Notes under the pieces: model-generated
The model's database searches: none
Seen by the model: the letters and a program-made list of their open reading frames with translations, nothing else
Told to the model about the DNA's origin: nothing
DNA from: Verrucomicrobiota bacterium
GTDB lineage: Bacteria; Verrucomicrobiota; Verrucomicrobiia; Limisphaerales; UBA1100
Length of the DNA stretch: 40,805 nucleotides
Assembly: GCA_028872645.1 (NCBI GenBank)
Contig: JAPKDK010000001.1
Location: 1-40,805 of the forward strand
Reading direction: 5' to 3'
Translations under genes and position numbers: made by a program
Part shown: positions 8,529 to 17,281 of the stretch, piece after piece
Layout: every line of letters begins with the position of its first letter
How positions within the stretch are numbered: position 1 is the stretch's first letter

Positions 8529-10796
8529 ATGAAACGCACATTGCTAATACTTACCGCGCTTATTTCCCTGCCTGCCTTTGCGGGCAAATGGGATGAGATG
8601 AATTATGGGCAGTACCTTTCGACCTCACTGGAGGTGCCGGGCGCGGGCATTGTCAATAAGGGCATCGCCATCCGCCTCGATGCGGGCGAAGGCGGTGTTT
8701 CCAAAGGCAGCGCGTTCATGTTGTACGACACCGATTTAATGAACTGCGCCGCGGGCTGGACCGGCGGCTTCATCGACTGGCGCGGCATCGCCTTCGACGG
8801 ACGGCACAACGCCCACGCGTCCATCACTGGCGCGCAAGCGTTTGCCAATCCCGTCGGCCCCGGCTGGCGTAGTGTCACGGGCAAGTGGGCCGATGACGCG
8901 CGTGTGAAGGGGTTGGATGAAAAATCTTACGGCCCCCTGCCACGTGCTTGGGCGCATTACAAGGGATTGTACGTGAACGGAAATCGCGTGGTGCTTTCGT
9001 ATACCATCGGCACGCGCGGTGTGTTTGAATCACCATCGCTGCACGGCAAAAATGTTTTCATCCGCAACCTGCACATTGCGCCCGGACAGAGCGAAATTCA
9101 AATGCAAGTGGCGCGTGGCGAAGGCCGTGCGGCTCACTTGGAAGGCGACAAAGATTTGGTGTCAATGCAAACGGGAAAGGACGATGTGATTTGCGCTGCA
9201 GTGTTGGGTGGTTCGGGTTTGTGGGATTTGGCTGATGGCGCGAATCTGCGGCTCCGCATTCCGGCGGCGAACAAAGGGCTCAAATTGCAGGTGCTAATTT
9301 GGCGTGGCCCGCCTGGAGAATTGGATGTGTTGAAAAAGGCAGTCGCCGCCGTGAAAAAAGCTGGCAACCCACCCAATCTCTTGGCGCTGACGATAGGAGG
9401 CAAGGGGAAGTGGAAGCAAACGGTGCAAACCGATATCCGATCCGGTTTGGCGACGGGGCCGTATGCGACGGATACGTTTCAGTTGCCAGAAAAGAATCCG
9501 TGGAAGTCGTGGATGCGCCTCGGTGGCTTTGATTTTTTCAAGGACAACCGGCGCGCGGCGGTTTGCACGTGGCAGGGGGATGTTTGGATTGTCAGTGGGC
9601 TCGACCAACCGAAGGGCAAGCTGACTTGGCGGCGGGTGGCGGCGGGGATGTTTCAGCCGTTGGGGCTCAAAATTGTCGATGAGACGATTTACGTTTGTTG
9701 CCGTGACCAAATCACGCGGCTGCACGACACGAACGACGACGGCGAGATGGATTTTTACGAAAGCTTCAACAACGACCATCAAGTGACCGAGCACTTCCAC
9801 GAGTTCGCGATGGATTTGCAGACGGACGCGGCGGGCAATTTTTATTTTGCCAAGGCCGCACGGCACGCGAAGAGCGGGCTGGTGCCGCATCACGGATCGA
9901 TCATCAAGGTGAGCAAGGACGGAGCGAAGAGCTGGCGCATCGCCAATGGCTTCCGTGCGCCCAATGGCGTGACGGTGAACGGCGACGGCACATTTTTTGC
10001 CAGCGATCAGGAAGGCCACTGGACGCCGAAGAACCGCATTAATCTCATCCGCAAGGATGGTTTTTACGGCTACATGGGCTCGTACGTGCCGGGTCGTGAC
10101 CCGTCGAAGTATGACCCGCCGGTGGTGTGGATTGCCAAGAACGTCGACCGCTCGCCCGCGCAACAGCTTTGGGTGACCAGCGACAAGTGGGGCCCACTGA
10201 AAGGCTCGCTGATTAATTTAAGCTACGGCACCGGTCGACTGTTCACCGTGCCGTACGAGATGGTTGATGGCATCCCGCAGGGCGGGGTGGCACAACTGCC
10301 CATTGCCGAGACTCCCACCGGCGTGATGCGCGGGCGGTTTCATCCGGTTGACGGTCAGCTCTACGCCTGCGGACTCTTTGGCTGGGCGGGGAACAAGTCG
10401 CGCCCCGGCGGATTTTATCGTTTTCGCTACACCGGTAAGCCGCTGCATGTGCCGGTGAAATATTCGGTCAGCAAAAAAGGCGTGTCGCTAACTTTCAGCG
10501 AATCGCTTGACCAGGAAACCGCCAGCAACTCCGACAGCTTCGCTGCCGAGATGTGCAATTACCGCCGCACCGCCGGCTACGGCTCACGCGATTATCTCGT
10601 CAGCGATCCCAAAAAGCAGGGCCGCGACAAACTGGAAATCACCCGCGCCAAGCTTAGTGCCGATGGCCGCACCGTGCTGCTCCAAATTCCCAAGCTGCAG
10701 AAGTGCATGACCCTGCGCATTCAATACAACCTCAAGGGCGCGAAGGGCGAAACCGTGAAATCAGAAATTAACTGCACGGTGAATGTGTTGAAGTAG
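8529..10796 (+). CDS. Secreted dehydrogenase-like beta-propeller protein (PVC 'membrane-bound dehydrogenase domain' / glucose-sorbosone-dehydrogenase-like) with an unknown N-terminal domain and a C-terminal Ig-like domain
   Basis: Signal peptide MKRTLLILTALISLPAFA at ATG 8529; the tracked start 8499 is TTG. Propeller blocks ITRLHDTNDDGEMDFYESFNNDHQVTEHFHEFAMDL and FRAPNGVTVNGDGTFFASDQEGHWTP are paralogous to the 11733..13697 protein. No CxxCH motif. Confidence 0.75.
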   Translation: MKRTLLILTALISLPAFAGKWDEMNYGQYLSTSLEVPGAGIVNKGIAIRLDAGEGGVSKGSAFMLYDTDLMNCAAGWTGGFIDWRGIAFDGRHNAHASITGAQAFANPVGPGWRSVTGKWADDARVKGLDEKSYGPLPRAWAHYKGLYVNGNRVVLSYTIGTRGVFESPSLHGKNVFIRNLHIAPGQSEIQMQVARGEGRAAHLEGDKDLVSMQTGKDDVICAAVLGGSGLWDLADGANLRLRIPAANKGLKLQVLIWRGPPGELDVLKKAVAAVKKAGNPPNLLALTIGGKGKWKQTVQTDIRSGLATGPYATDTFQLPEKNPWKSWMRLGGFDFFKDNRRAAVCTWQGDVWIVSGLDQPKGKLTWRRVAAGMFQPLGLKIVDETIYVCCRDQITRLHDTNDDGEMDFYESFNNDHQVTEHFHEFAMDLQTDAAGNFYFAKAARHAKSGLVPHHGSIIKVSKDGAKSWRIANGFRAPNGVTVNGDGTFFASDQEGHWTPKNRINLIRKDGFYGYMGSYVPGRDPSKYDPPVVWIAKNVDRSPAQQLWVTSDKWGPLKGSLINLSYGTGRLFTVPYEMVDGIPQGGVAQLPIAETPTGVMRGRFHPVDGQLYACGLFGWAGNKSRPGGFYRFRYTGKPLHVPVKYSVSKKGVSLTFSESLDQETASNSDSFAAEMCNYRRTAGYGSRDYLVSDPKKQGRDKLEITRAKLSADGRTVLLQIPKLQKCMTLRIQYNLKGAKGETVKSEINCTVNVLK

Positions 10797-10799
10797 CGG

Positions 10800-11726
10800 T
10801 TACTGCTCCGGCGTTTCAATAAGTTGCCCGATATGTTTTTCGCCGCGTTGGCGGGCGAGGGTTTGTTGGCGTTGGCGTTCTTCGCGGCGGGCTCGTAGTT
10901 CGGGGGTGAGGGCGTCGATGCAGCGGGGGCAGCAGATTCCCGGTTCGTATGCGGGTGAAGCTAAATCCTCCGGCGTGAGCGGCCAACGGCAACCGAAACA
11001 GATTTCACAGGTACCGCGCTCCAAGCCGTGCACAACGGTCACGCGGTGATCGAATACAAAACACTCACCTTCCCACAAACTTTCTTCGGGCTTGGTTTCC
11101 TGTAAATATTTCAGGATGCCGCCTTGGAGGTGATAGACTTCCTCAAATCCTTCCTTGAGCAAATGCGCGGAGGCTTTTTCGCAACGGATGCCGCCGGTGC
11201 AAAACATCGCCACCTTTTGTTTTTTGGATTCGCTGAGATTTTTTTGCACAAACGCATCCCATTCGCCGAAGGCGGCGGTGTTGGGGTTGACGGCGTTTTT
11301 GAATGTGCCCAGCTCCACTTCGTAATCATTGCGCGTATCTATCAGCAGCACATCGGAGTCGCTGATGAGTTCGTTCCAGTCTTCGGGCGCAACGTATTTT
11401 CCGGCGGCCTTGTTGGGGTTTGCGGATGGATCGCCGAGCGTGACAATCTCCGGGCGAATGATGAGGCGCAGCCGGTGGAAGGTTTCGCGTTCAGTTTTAC
11501 ATTCGCGGTGCGGCATGTCGGCAAAGCGCGCATCGCTGCGGATGAACGCCAGCACCGCCCAGACACCGGCCTTTGATCCGGCGATGGTGGCGTTGAGGCC
11601 TTCAGTGGCGAGGATGATTGTACCGAGTACAGAGTGCGTTTTGCATTCGGCTTCCAGCCGCGTGCGGAACTCTTCGCAATCGGGCAGATCAACAAAGCGA
11701 TAAAAGGTAGTGACGGTCTGCGTCAT
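10800..11726 (-). CDS. trhO: Rhodanese-domain tRNA uridine(34) hydroxylase (UPF0176/YceA family)
   Basis: N-terminus TFYRFVDLPDCEEFRTRLEAECKTHSVLGTIILATEGLNATIAGS. Rhodanese active-site loop FCTGGIRCEKAS followed by VYHLQGGILKYL. Cys-rich C-terminal CEICFGC...CCPRC. Confidence 0.9.
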   Translation of the reverse strand: MTQTVTTFYRFVDLPDCEEFRTRLEAECKTHSVLGTIILATEGLNATIAGSKAGVWAVLAFIRSDARFADMPHRECKTERETFHRLRLIIRPEIVTLGDPSANPNKAAGKYVAPEDWNELISDSDVLLIDTRNDYEVELGTFKNAVNPNTAAFGEWDAFVQKNLSESKKQKVAMFCTGGIRCEKASAHLLKEGFEEVYHLQGGILKYLQETKPEESLWEGECFVFDHRVTVVHGLERGTCEICFGCRWPLTPEDLASPAYEPGICCPRCIDALTPELRARREERQRQQTLARQRGEKHIGQLIETPEQ

Positions 11727-11732
11727 GCCTCG

Positions 11733-13697
11733 TTAGTTTCGCTCAAGTGTAAGGTTATCGATGTTCGGGCCGCTGGACCCAGTGGACTCGAGGCGGATAT
11801 CGTTTACTCCAGCCTTAAGCGAGGCGGTTGTGGTGAGGGTTTTCCAATTTGTCCAACTGCCGGTGCTTGCGAAAGGAAGAGTCTTGATGATGACTTTTCC
11901 ATTCACCTTGAGTTGTAATGGGCGACTGCCGTCAATCAAAGCATAGCGAAAAATTAGTGTGTGCCCCCCAGCAGATTTGGTTTGGATCAGCCAGTTGAGG
12001 TGTTCGCCGGAGGACGCTTGGAAATCAATATATCCTTTGCCCGTATAGCCACCATTGTTTTTGGCCACTCTGGCCCCGTTTCTCCCAGCTGTTTCGGCCT
12101 CAAAAATTTGTTTTGACTGTGTCAGTGCGTTGGGTTGCGCGACAATAATCTTACTAACCGGTTTAGCTTTAGGAATGCCGACCGTTAAATGAGGGGCCTT
12201 GTTGTCACCATTAGTGAGGCGATTGAGAGTGTAGCAGATAAAGGTGTTAAGCACGGGGTTTTTGTCCATCGCAGTGATGTTTTTCAAATTCAGCTGGTAG
12301 ACATAACCGGGATTAAGTTTCTCTAGATTAATGGAGACAGATTTGCCATCGGATGCGAGCTTGAGGTTCGTCACTTTGATGGGTTCCTTGCCAAGTTGAG
12401 GTGAGCCATAGCTTTGGTGGTACTTATAATAGTAACGCTGGAAAACAAAATTTTCCACGGCGGCCCGTGCCAGTGGTTTGGTAAAGCTGAGTTTAAAGCC
12501 GGTTTGGGTTAGTTTCATGGCTGAAACACTCATTGGGGTTTTTCCGGTCCAAGTGATGCGCTGTAATCCGCTGCCACCCGCCCATGAGAGGTGGGTTTGC
12601 CCAACCCAAAGACTTCCATCCGGGGCGAAAACAAATCTGTGCATACCCCGGTGTAATCCCCCGTTATCAATAAAAGGTAGACAGGCACCCTGAGTTTCGC
12701 CGGCTACTTCGTCGACGAGCACGCGCATAATGCGGGGTTTATTCATCTCGCCCACGAGCAATTGGCCGGCAAAGGGGCCGAATTTTCCTCCGGAGGTATC
12801 GGTGAGCATCTGGGTGGGGCTATTGGCCATGCTGCCTTGCGGGAAAAGCACCGATGCGCGGGTGCGCTTGGCATCAAACTCGGACGGGGACACTTTGAGA
12901 GGGTTGCGGCCTTTTTCCCATGAATCAGTCCAGGCCAGGCTTGCGGGATGCCCATGGAAGTTATTTTCCTTCACATGGAAAAGCTTGCTGGTGCCCAGCC
13001 AATCTCCCTGATTGTCAGTGGCCCACAGTCGTCCTTGCGCATCAAAATTAACTCCGTTGGGGGAGCGAAAGCCGGAAGCGAAAGGGATGGTCTTGCCATC
13101 GGGCGCAATTTTCATGATCCAGCCGCGATAAGGTGTGGCTGAATACATTCGGCCAGAGCCCGCCCTATGGTTCTTGTAAAACTGTTCACGCGTAATGCCG
13201 TAGTGGCGAAATTCACCACGGATTTCCGGGCGAATACTTGCACCACTGGAAGCGAGGTTGAGCCCCACGTAGTAGTTGCCATCCTTGTCACGTGCGGGGC
13301 CGAAGGCGAACTCATGGTAATTGCCGGTCATGCCAAATTGGTCACTGATGGTCTGATAATGGTCAGCCTCGCCATCGCCGTCGGTGTCACGCAGGCGTGT
13401 TAGTTCAGGGCGCTGCATAACGACCAGCGTGTGGTTATCCTCGGCGATAATCCCCAGCGGCTCGTGCAGGCCGTCGGCAAAGAGTTTCCATATTTTTGTC
13501 TTTGGGTTGTAAGTATAGACCTCGCCCCGGTGGAAGCAGGCGGCTAACCGACCATCAGGCAGAAAAGTCAGGCCTCCGATTTGCACGTCCAGTCCCTTGG
13601 GGGCGGGGATGTTCTCGACCTTGTAATAGTCATTGATGCCGGCACCATGAACGGAAAGGTTTGCGAGTAGGGTGAGGATGAAAATTGCGCGCTTCAT
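11733..13697 (-). CDS. Secreted dehydrogenase-like beta-propeller protein with a C-terminal CBM6/CBM35-like carbohydrate-binding module
   Basis: Signal peptide MKRAIFILTLLANLSVHG. Propeller blocks LTRLRDTDGDGEADHYQTISDQFGMTGNYHEFAFGP and FRSPNGVNFDAQGRLWATDNQGDW. C-terminal FEAETAGRNGARVAKNNGGYTGKGYIDFQ...GSWTNWKTLTTTASLKAGVNDIRLESTGSSGPNIDNLTLE is CBM6/35-like. The ATG overlaps the upstream stop (ATGA 13694..13697). Confidence 0.8.
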   Translation of the reverse strand: MKRAIFILTLLANLSVHGAGINDYYKVENIPAPKGLDVQIGGLTFLPDGRLAACFHRGEVYTYNPKTKIWKLFADGLHEPLGIIAEDNHTLVVMQRPELTRLRDTDGDGEADHYQTISDQFGMTGNYHEFAFGPARDKDGNYYVGLNLASSGASIRPEIRGEFRHYGITREQFYKNHRAGSGRMYSATPYRGWIMKIAPDGKTIPFASGFRSPNGVNFDAQGRLWATDNQGDWLGTSKLFHVKENNFHGHPASLAWTDSWEKGRNPLKVSPSEFDAKRTRASVLFPQGSMANSPTQMLTDTSGGKFGPFAGQLLVGEMNKPRIMRVLVDEVAGETQGACLPFIDNGGLHRGMHRFVFAPDGSLWVGQTHLSWAGGSGLQRITWTGKTPMSVSAMKLTQTGFKLSFTKPLARAAVENFVFQRYYYKYHQSYGSPQLGKEPIKVTNLKLASDGKSVSINLEKLNPGYVYQLNLKNITAMDKNPVLNTFICYTLNRLTNGDNKAPHLTVGIPKAKPVSKIIVAQPNALTQSKQIFEAETAGRNGARVAKNNGGYTGKGYIDFQASSGEHLNWLIQTKSAGGHTLIFRYALIDGSRPLQLKVNGKVIIKTLPFASTGSWTNWKTLTTTASLKAGVNDIRLESTGSSGPNIDNLTLERN

Positions 13698-14716
13698 TTT
13701 CCGTGGGCGTGGTGATGGGTGATGGTAAAGCTTTTGGCTTCTTCACTGGTCAAAGTGGCAACTCCTTGGTTGATTTTCCCCTTTGAGACTTTTGTGTTTT
13801 TCGAGGCGATCGTGATGCGTAGGGGGTAGTTGATATCTGGGATTCGAAAATGACGGGTCAACCCCATGCCCGAGGGCAGGGCGGTGATGCGTTCGTAAAT
13901 ATCAATGTCACCAATGGTGTAGTGGAATTCGGGATGGCCATCGATTTTGCGGTAGCCTTGAAACTGAGGTTTAAAATCAGATGGGGCTTTTTTGTGGAAT
14001 GGGAAATCCTTCGAGCCAGTCCAAAATCTAGTGCCGATTATTTTGGCCAGCCCGTTGCCATTAGCCTTCCAGACGGGCATCGGGTCTACAAAGCCTCCGA
14101 TCCACGCATAACGCAGGTGACAGGTGCCTGCATCCCAACAGTAGGAGACACCGTGGGGAAGGGCTACCGCAATTGCAGCCGGGGAGGCATCAGGCATGAA
14201 GATGCGATACAGGAGCGGTCGGCGATGAGGCCAGGCGTGCAGGTTTTTATTGGCGCTCTGAGCACGGGCCATCGGTGAAACGTTTTGGTCCTGGGCAAGC
14301 TTGGGCATTTTGATGCCCACATACATTGCCCCGTACATGATCAGGCCGTGGCCGGGGAAAGTGCATACGTAGGGGTAGATCCCTTTTGCCTTGGGTGCTT
14401 CGAATTTTAACTCGGCACTTTCATCAGGCTTGAGTACGGGCGTATGCCACAGTACGGCATTGTTCTTGGGGATGTAGTTGGAATCGGGAGGCAAAGTGAT
14501 GGCATCCTGCACGATTTCAAGCCGTTTGCCCGGGGCAATGATGGCGAGATTGTGCGCCATCTCATCAGAATTCTTGAAGGTGAGCACCACCTCCTGCCCG
14601 GGTTGAGCTTCAAAACGCGGTTTGTCGTACTGTAACCCCGGCAAGGTGCCGATGGTGATTTTTAGAGGCGCGGCAGAAAGTGTAATTGCCGCGAATAATA
14701 AAATAAAAAATCGCAT
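13694..14716 (-). CDS. Azurin-like type-1 copper (cupredoxin) domain fused to a ~200-aa unknown domain, with a His-rich C-terminus
   Basis: Signal peptide MRFFILLFAAITLSAAP. Copper-ligand pattern DEMAHNLAI ... YPYVCTFPGHGLIMYGAM has the same C-T-F-P-G-H-x3-M spacing as azurin. The C-terminal domain carries AWIGGFVDP and HYTIGD blocks that resemble the N-terminal domain of the 8529 protein. Tail is THHHAHGK. Confidence 0.85.
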   Translation of the reverse strand: MRFFILLFAAITLSAAPLKITIGTLPGLQYDKPRFEAQPGQEVVLTFKNSDEMAHNLAIIAPGKRLEIVQDAITLPPDSNYIPKNNAVLWHTPVLKPDESAELKFEAPKAKGIYPYVCTFPGHGLIMYGAMYVGIKMPKLAQDQNVSPMARAQSANKNLHAWPHRRPLLYRIFMPDASPAAIAVALPHGVSYCWDAGTCHLRYAWIGGFVDPMPVWKANGNGLAKIIGTRFWTGSKDFPFHKKAPSDFKPQFQGYRKIDGHPEFHYTIGDIDIYERITALPSGMGLTRHFRIPDINYPLRITIASKNTKVSKGKINQGVATLTSEEAKSFTITHHHAHGK

Positions 14717-14729
14717 GTGATCTTAAAAT

Positions 14730-15722
14730 CTACTTTTCCTGTATCCACACGTTACGGTAGCGCACGGGGTTGCTGTGGTTTTGGAACCAGATAGGTCCGG
14801 GCGTGGCCCCTTCCTTTTGGCCGGCACCCGTCTTGTTTTTGAGTGCATAATCATCGTGGATCAGGATGCCGTTAAGCTTGGCGGTGATGCGGGCCGGGGC
14901 GGTGCGTTTGCCATCCGCATCAAACTTGGCAGTGGTGAAATCCACATCATAGGTTTGCCAGGTGAGCGGTGGGAAACAGGCGTTTACATCCGGATACTTC
15001 TGCTTGTAGAGGCAGCCACAATCATTCTTGGCGGGCGTCATCTCGATGCCGAAGGAATCGAGCACCTGCAACTCATAACGGCGTTGGAGGTAGAGCCCAC
15101 TATTGCCACGGGCCTGGCCGCGGGCAGTGGGCTTGAAGGGGAGTCGGAATTCCACATGCAGTTTGAAGCTTTGGAAATTATCCTTGGTAATGGCACCTTC
15201 CTTCATCAGCCCATCCTTGGTGACCTGTAATTTATCCAGCGAGCCATTGTCTTTGCCCGCAAAGAGCACCTTGGCTCCCTTGGGCGTTTTGGCACCGATG
15301 GTATCCGATTTGCGGATCATCCTGGCAAAGGTGCCGACCTGCTGGTCCCCCTTGGTAGCAATCACCTTGCCATCATTGTAATGCAGCGCAATGGGTGACT
15401 CATCATTGGTAAAGGTGGCCTTGGTCTTGCCTTTGCGTTTTCCCGTGTAGACCCACTTGGTTTGGCCGTCCCAACCTGCGCCGGGTAGACCTCCTTGAAA
15501 AGCTGTGGCCTGAAAAGTGCCTTCTCCCAGTGCCACTATCTGTATTCCGAGCTGGTGGTTGGTTTCCGATCCATCGATTCCTTCACCAGCGTATTCGCCT
15601 TGGATGAGAAAGTCCGGATCTTTCGCCGCCGCCTCGGGCGTTTCATAAGTGAGCTGGCCCTTGGGAGCGGCCACGAGGTTGAAAGCAAAAATGAGTGTGA
15701 GAAATGGGATGAGTTTCTTCAT
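14730..15722 (-). CDS. DUF1080 (3-keto-disaccharide hydrolase family) secreted protein
   Basis: Signal peptide MKKLIPFLTLIFAFNLVAAP at ATG 15722. The tracked ORF extends to 15941, but that extension lacks any signal or domain features. Family blocks FKLHVEFRLP, GNSGLYLQRRYELQVLDSFG, GCLYKQKYPD, GPIWFQNHSNPVRYRNVWIQE. Confidence 0.85.
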   Translation of the reverse strand: MKKLIPFLTLIFAFNLVAAPKGQLTYETPEAAAKDPDFLIQGEYAGEGIDGSETNHQLGIQIVALGEGTFQATAFQGGLPGAGWDGQTKWVYTGKRKGKTKATFTNDESPIALHYNDGKVIATKGDQQVGTFARMIRKSDTIGAKTPKGAKVLFAGKDNGSLDKLQVTKDGLMKEGAITKDNFQSFKLHVEFRLPFKPTARGQARGNSGLYLQRRYELQVLDSFGIEMTPAKNDCGCLYKQKYPDVNACFPPLTWQTYDVDFTTAKFDADGKRTAPARITAKLNGILIHDDYALKNKTGAGQKEGATPGPIWFQNHSNPVRYRNVWIQEK

Positions 15723-15868
15723 GGCTTTGGTGTGGGGGATTGTATCGGAGCGGGCCCAAAAGGCAACAGTAGGGAATGGCCACGGAGGAAAAGGGATGAG
15801 GCTAATTTTACGGGTAAGGCTGGAGAAGAGGTCGGCTTTAGGCTCCACTTTAAGATTCACTATAAGTT

Positions 15869-16181
15869 TATGTTTACTTTCCCGACCGCTCAGGCTGGTG
15901 GCTTCGAGTATGTTGAGAATCCCAATGACAACACGGTACATAGATTTTTAAAAGGTGCTGGATGGCTACCAAGCGAGGCGGGCGAAGTGATCTATCAATA
16001 TGTCTATTCGGTGCCCAACTTTTTCCCATATATATGCAAACATCAGACCGGAGAATTGGGCGCGAGTGAGGTTATGTTTCCCTACGTGCTTGAACCTGAT
16101 TGGATGACAAGTGTCTGGGAAGTTAAGCGTGTTCAAAGGCCCGGGAATATTGAAATCAATCAGGTCGCGTTTCCAACTTGA
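15869..16181 (+). CDS. Hypothetical 104-aa protein or gene fragment in the low-GC islet
   Basis: The first ATG after the divergent DUF1080 start, in the frame of tracked ORF 15495..16181. No recognisable motif, mixed third-position composition, and convergent with the methyltransferase gene. Confidence 0.25.
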
Positions 16182-16282
16182 AAATATATTAGGGAAATGA
16201 AATATGATTAAACAAGAATGTGTACAGCCTCGAATTGATTCTCTAACAGACACAAACTTCTGCTCAATCGATTTTTCACCCA

Positions 16283-17242
16283 CTAAGACTTCTTCACCGC
16301 AAACACACAAACCGTCTGTCCCACCTGTTTGCGCTGCCAGTTTTTTCGTTCAAACCAAGCCTCTAATTGTCCCTCTGCCTTAAGTTTCTTAATCTTTTCA
16401 ACCGCCCCAGCGAGTTCCCCCTCCTTACATAAAGCAAAGGTCGAATCGCTCTTGGCAAAGTACTCACTCTTCTCCACAAACCCATCCAAATCGAAGTAGA
16501 GGGCGGGATCATACAAAATTTCATCATAAATATGTTCAAATCTTACACTCCCCGCCTCAAACCCTGCTTCTTCTAAAGCATTTCTCATCGTCTCCACGGT
16601 GGGAGCGCGTTTCTCCCAGGCACTAAATGCGTCAGGAATGCACTCCGCCCACCACATGCCGATTTGGACACACACAGGGGGAGAGAAATTAATGCTAATC
16701 CGGCCGCCCGCCCTCAAAACTCTATACCATTCTTTGCAAGCTGCTTTGAGATCAGAGAAATCGTTATCAGGGCGGAGATGGTGGATAACCTGGTTGTTAA
16801 TCACCGCATCATACTTTCCGGTTTCCATAGCGGGCATGTCACAAACGTTGTCTACAGAGAACGAAATATCTGCCCCGGAAGCTGTCTTCAGATTAGGAAG
16901 GGATTTTCCATCCTCAACACTGGTTTTCGCAGCGTCACTAGCACTCAGCTGCTTAACATTGTTCCAAGCTTCCTTCACCATACTCATATTGAAATCCGTA
17001 CAATGAACTTTTTTCAGATTATAAACATGCTCCCCAGCTTCTTTGATAAACTCAACAGTGTAATTCCCCGTCCCACAACCGGAATCTAACAAATGGATGT
17101 TGGAAAGATCTGTGGAGCCCGGCCCATCAACCCCTTCTGCGTGGCCTGAAATAAATTGAGCAATTCTTTTTGCCGCTAAGGCGCGGCGCAGAGCTGTGTA
17201 GGTGGAAGCTTTCTCATCGTAGGATTCGTAGGAGTGGGGCAT
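16283..17242 (-). CDS. Class I SAM-dependent methyltransferase with a ~120-aa C-terminal extension
   Basis: Motif I LLDSGCGTGNYT, post-I acidic residue in HCTDF, later blocks YDAVINNQVIHHL and WYRVLRAGGRISINF. GC is clearly lower than in neighbouring genes (hand-counted lines about 33-45 percent). Confidence 0.85.
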   Translation of the reverse strand: MPHSYESYDEKASTYTALRRALAAKRIAQFISGHAEGVDGPGSTDLSNIHLLDSGCGTGNYTVEFIKEAGEHVYNLKKVHCTDFNMSMVKEAWNNVKQLSASDAAKTSVEDGKSLPNLKTASGADISFSVDNVCDMPAMETGKYDAVINNQVIHHLRPDNDFSDLKAACKEWYRVLRAGGRISINFSPPVCVQIGMWWAECIPDAFSAWEKRAPTVETMRNALEEAGFEAGSVRFEHIYDEILYDPALYFDLDGFVEKSEYFAKSDSTFALCKEGELAGAVEKIKKLKAEGQLEAWFERKNWQRKQVGQTVCVFAVKKS

Positions 17243-17281
17243 GATTTATTCTGGATTGGGTTGTTATAAGTGGAGGTTGCC

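Noticed and set aside
15723-15941. 73-aa N-terminal extension of the DUF1080 ORF (tracked start 15941)
   Set aside because: The extension has no signal or domain character. A canonical signal peptide begins at the internal ATG 15722, and the family is normally secreted.
15966-16310. 114-aa minus-strand ORF in the low-GC gap, overlapping the 3' end of the methyltransferase gene
   Set aside because: It has no motifs and an odd Cys/His/Ile/Phe-rich composition. It overlaps two other candidates and is probably a chance ORF in AT-rich DNA.
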